The notes under the pieces were generated by a model that saw nothing but the letters and a program-made list of their open reading frames with translations, made no database searches and had not been told where the DNA came from. From the NCBI RefSeq assembly GCF_009914755.1, contig NC_060942.1: a stretch of DNA of 64,000 nt. One strand, written 5' to 3'. Positions 62,801-64,000 of this stretch are shown here, one piece after another; position 1 is the stretch's first letter, and every line of letters starts with the position of its first letter. Source of the stretch: the human T2T-CHM13v2.0 reference genome, Homo sapiens. The position numbers were made by a program, and so were the translations under genes.

Positions 62801-64000
62801 TTTGAAGGAGCAGTTTTGAAACACTCTTTTTCTGGAATCTGCAAGTGGATATTTGGCTAGCTTTGGGGATTTCGCTGGAAGCGGGAATACATATAAAAAG
62901 CACACAGCAGCGTTCTGAGAAACTGCTTTCTGATGTTTGCATTCAAGTCAAAAGTTGAACACTCCCTTTCATAGTGCAGTCCTGAAACACTCCTTTTGTA
63001 GTATCTGGAACTGGACTTTTGGAGCGCTTTCAGGGCTAAGGTGAAAAAGGAAATATCTTCCCATAAAAACTGGACAGAAGCATTCTCAGAAACTTGTTTA
63101 TGCTGTATCTACTCAACTAACAAAGTTGAACCTTTCTTTTGATAGAGCAGTTTTGAAATGCTCTTTTTGTGGAATCTGCAAGTGGATATTTGGCTAGTTT
63201 TGAGGATTTCGTTGGAAGCGGGAATTCATACAAATTGCAGACTGCAGCGTTCTGAGAAACATCTTTGTGATGTTTGTATTCAGGACACAGAGTTGAACAT
63301 TCCCTATCATAGAGCAGGTTGGAATCACTCCTTTTGTAGTATCTGGAAGTGGACATTTGGAGCGCTTTCAGGCCTATGTTGAAAAAGGAAATATCTTCCC
63401 ATAACAACTAGACACAAGCATTCTCAGAAACTTGTTTGTGATGTGTGCCCTCTACTGACAGAGTTGAACCTTTCTTTTCATAGAGCAGTTTTGAAACACT
63501 CTTTTTGTAGAATCTGCAAGAGGATATTTGCATAGCTTTGAGGATTTCGTGGGAAACGGGATTGTCTTCAGGTAAAATCTAGACAGAAGCATTCTCAGAA
63601 ACTTCTTTGGGATGTTTGCATTCAAGTCACAGAGGAGAACATTCCCTTTGGTAGAGCAGGTTTGAAACACTCTTTTTGTAGTATCTGGAAGTGGACATTT
63701 GGAGCGCTTTCAGGCCTATGTTGGAAAGGGAAATATCTTCCCGTAACAACTAGGCAGAAGCATTCTCAGAAACTTATTTGAGATGTGTGTACTCAACTAA
63801 GAGAATTGAACCACCGTTTTGAAGGAGCAGTTTTGAAACACTCTTTTTCTGGAATCTGCAAGAGGATATTTGCCTAGCCTTGAGGATTTCGTTGGAAACG
63901 GGATTGTCTTCAGATCAAATCTAGACAGAAGCATTCTCAGAAACTTCTTTGGGATGTTTGCATTCAAGTCACAGAGTAGAACATTCCCTTTGGTAGAGCA

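Larger units (their letters stand above)
1..64000 (+). repeat. D18Z1: Centromeric alpha-satellite HOR array, dimeric (SF2-like), 12-mer of 2,035 bp; probably the human chr18 active array
   Basis: ~169-171 bp monomers beginning CATTCTCAGAAAC or a variant; CENP-B box once per ~339 bp; ORF-track features recur every 2,034-2,035 bp; EcoRI sites at 1169, 1843 and 3203 (spacing 674 and 1,360) agree with the ~0.68/1.36 kb EcoRI fragments I recall for D18Z1. Alpha-satellite identity is near certain; the chromosome is less so. Confidence 0.9.

Noticed and set aside
41-63670. More than 200 short ORFs (61-122 aa) on both strands
   Set aside because: They recur with the HOR period, overlap in several frames, often start at GTG/TTG, are opened or closed by single SNVs and indels, and show no recognisable domain. 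They are satellite translations and were used only as positional markers.
1-64000. CRISPR-like regular repeats (CATTCTCAGAAAC every ~170 bp)
   Set aside because: The intervening sequences are homologous satellite monomers rather than unique spacers, and there are no cas genes.
1-64000. Transposon insertion (L1/Alu), inversion or other non-satellite island
   Set aside because: Unit lengths add up continuously from 15 to 64000 with no unexplained gap. I saw no poly-A tail or target-site duplication, and the ORF track keeps the same strand pattern throughout.

Overview
The whole 64 kb is one uninterrupted, single-orientation array of primate (human-type) centromeric alpha satellite. It is dimeric: every other ~171-bp monomer carries a CENP-B box. 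The dominant higher-order repeat (HOR) is a 12-monomer unit of 2,035 bp made of six dimers, labelled here A-F (338/338/337/338/342/342 bp), with EcoRI sites about 675 and 1,360 bp apart. This best fits the active chromosome 18 array D18Z1 (S2C18H1L), an assignment made from recalled knowledge rather than alignment. Counting from each CATTCTCAGAAACTAGTTTCT start there are 37 units: 25 complete 12-mers, 1 partial 12-mer, six 4-mers (675 bp), two 6-mers (1,021 bp), two 8-mers (1,360 bp) and one 14-mer (2,373 bp). I found no genes, RNA genes, transposons or inversions, and every ORF in the track is a repeat artefact. I found no new protein-coding system. The interesting signal is the array's history, read from private variants: a recurring three-HOR super-period, 4-mers that appear to be a single inherited deletion, nested tandem duplications of different ages, two independent 8-mer breakpoints, a diverged patch at about 13-21 kb, and a few broken CENP-B boxes. 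All variant calls were made by eye and need alignment to confirm.
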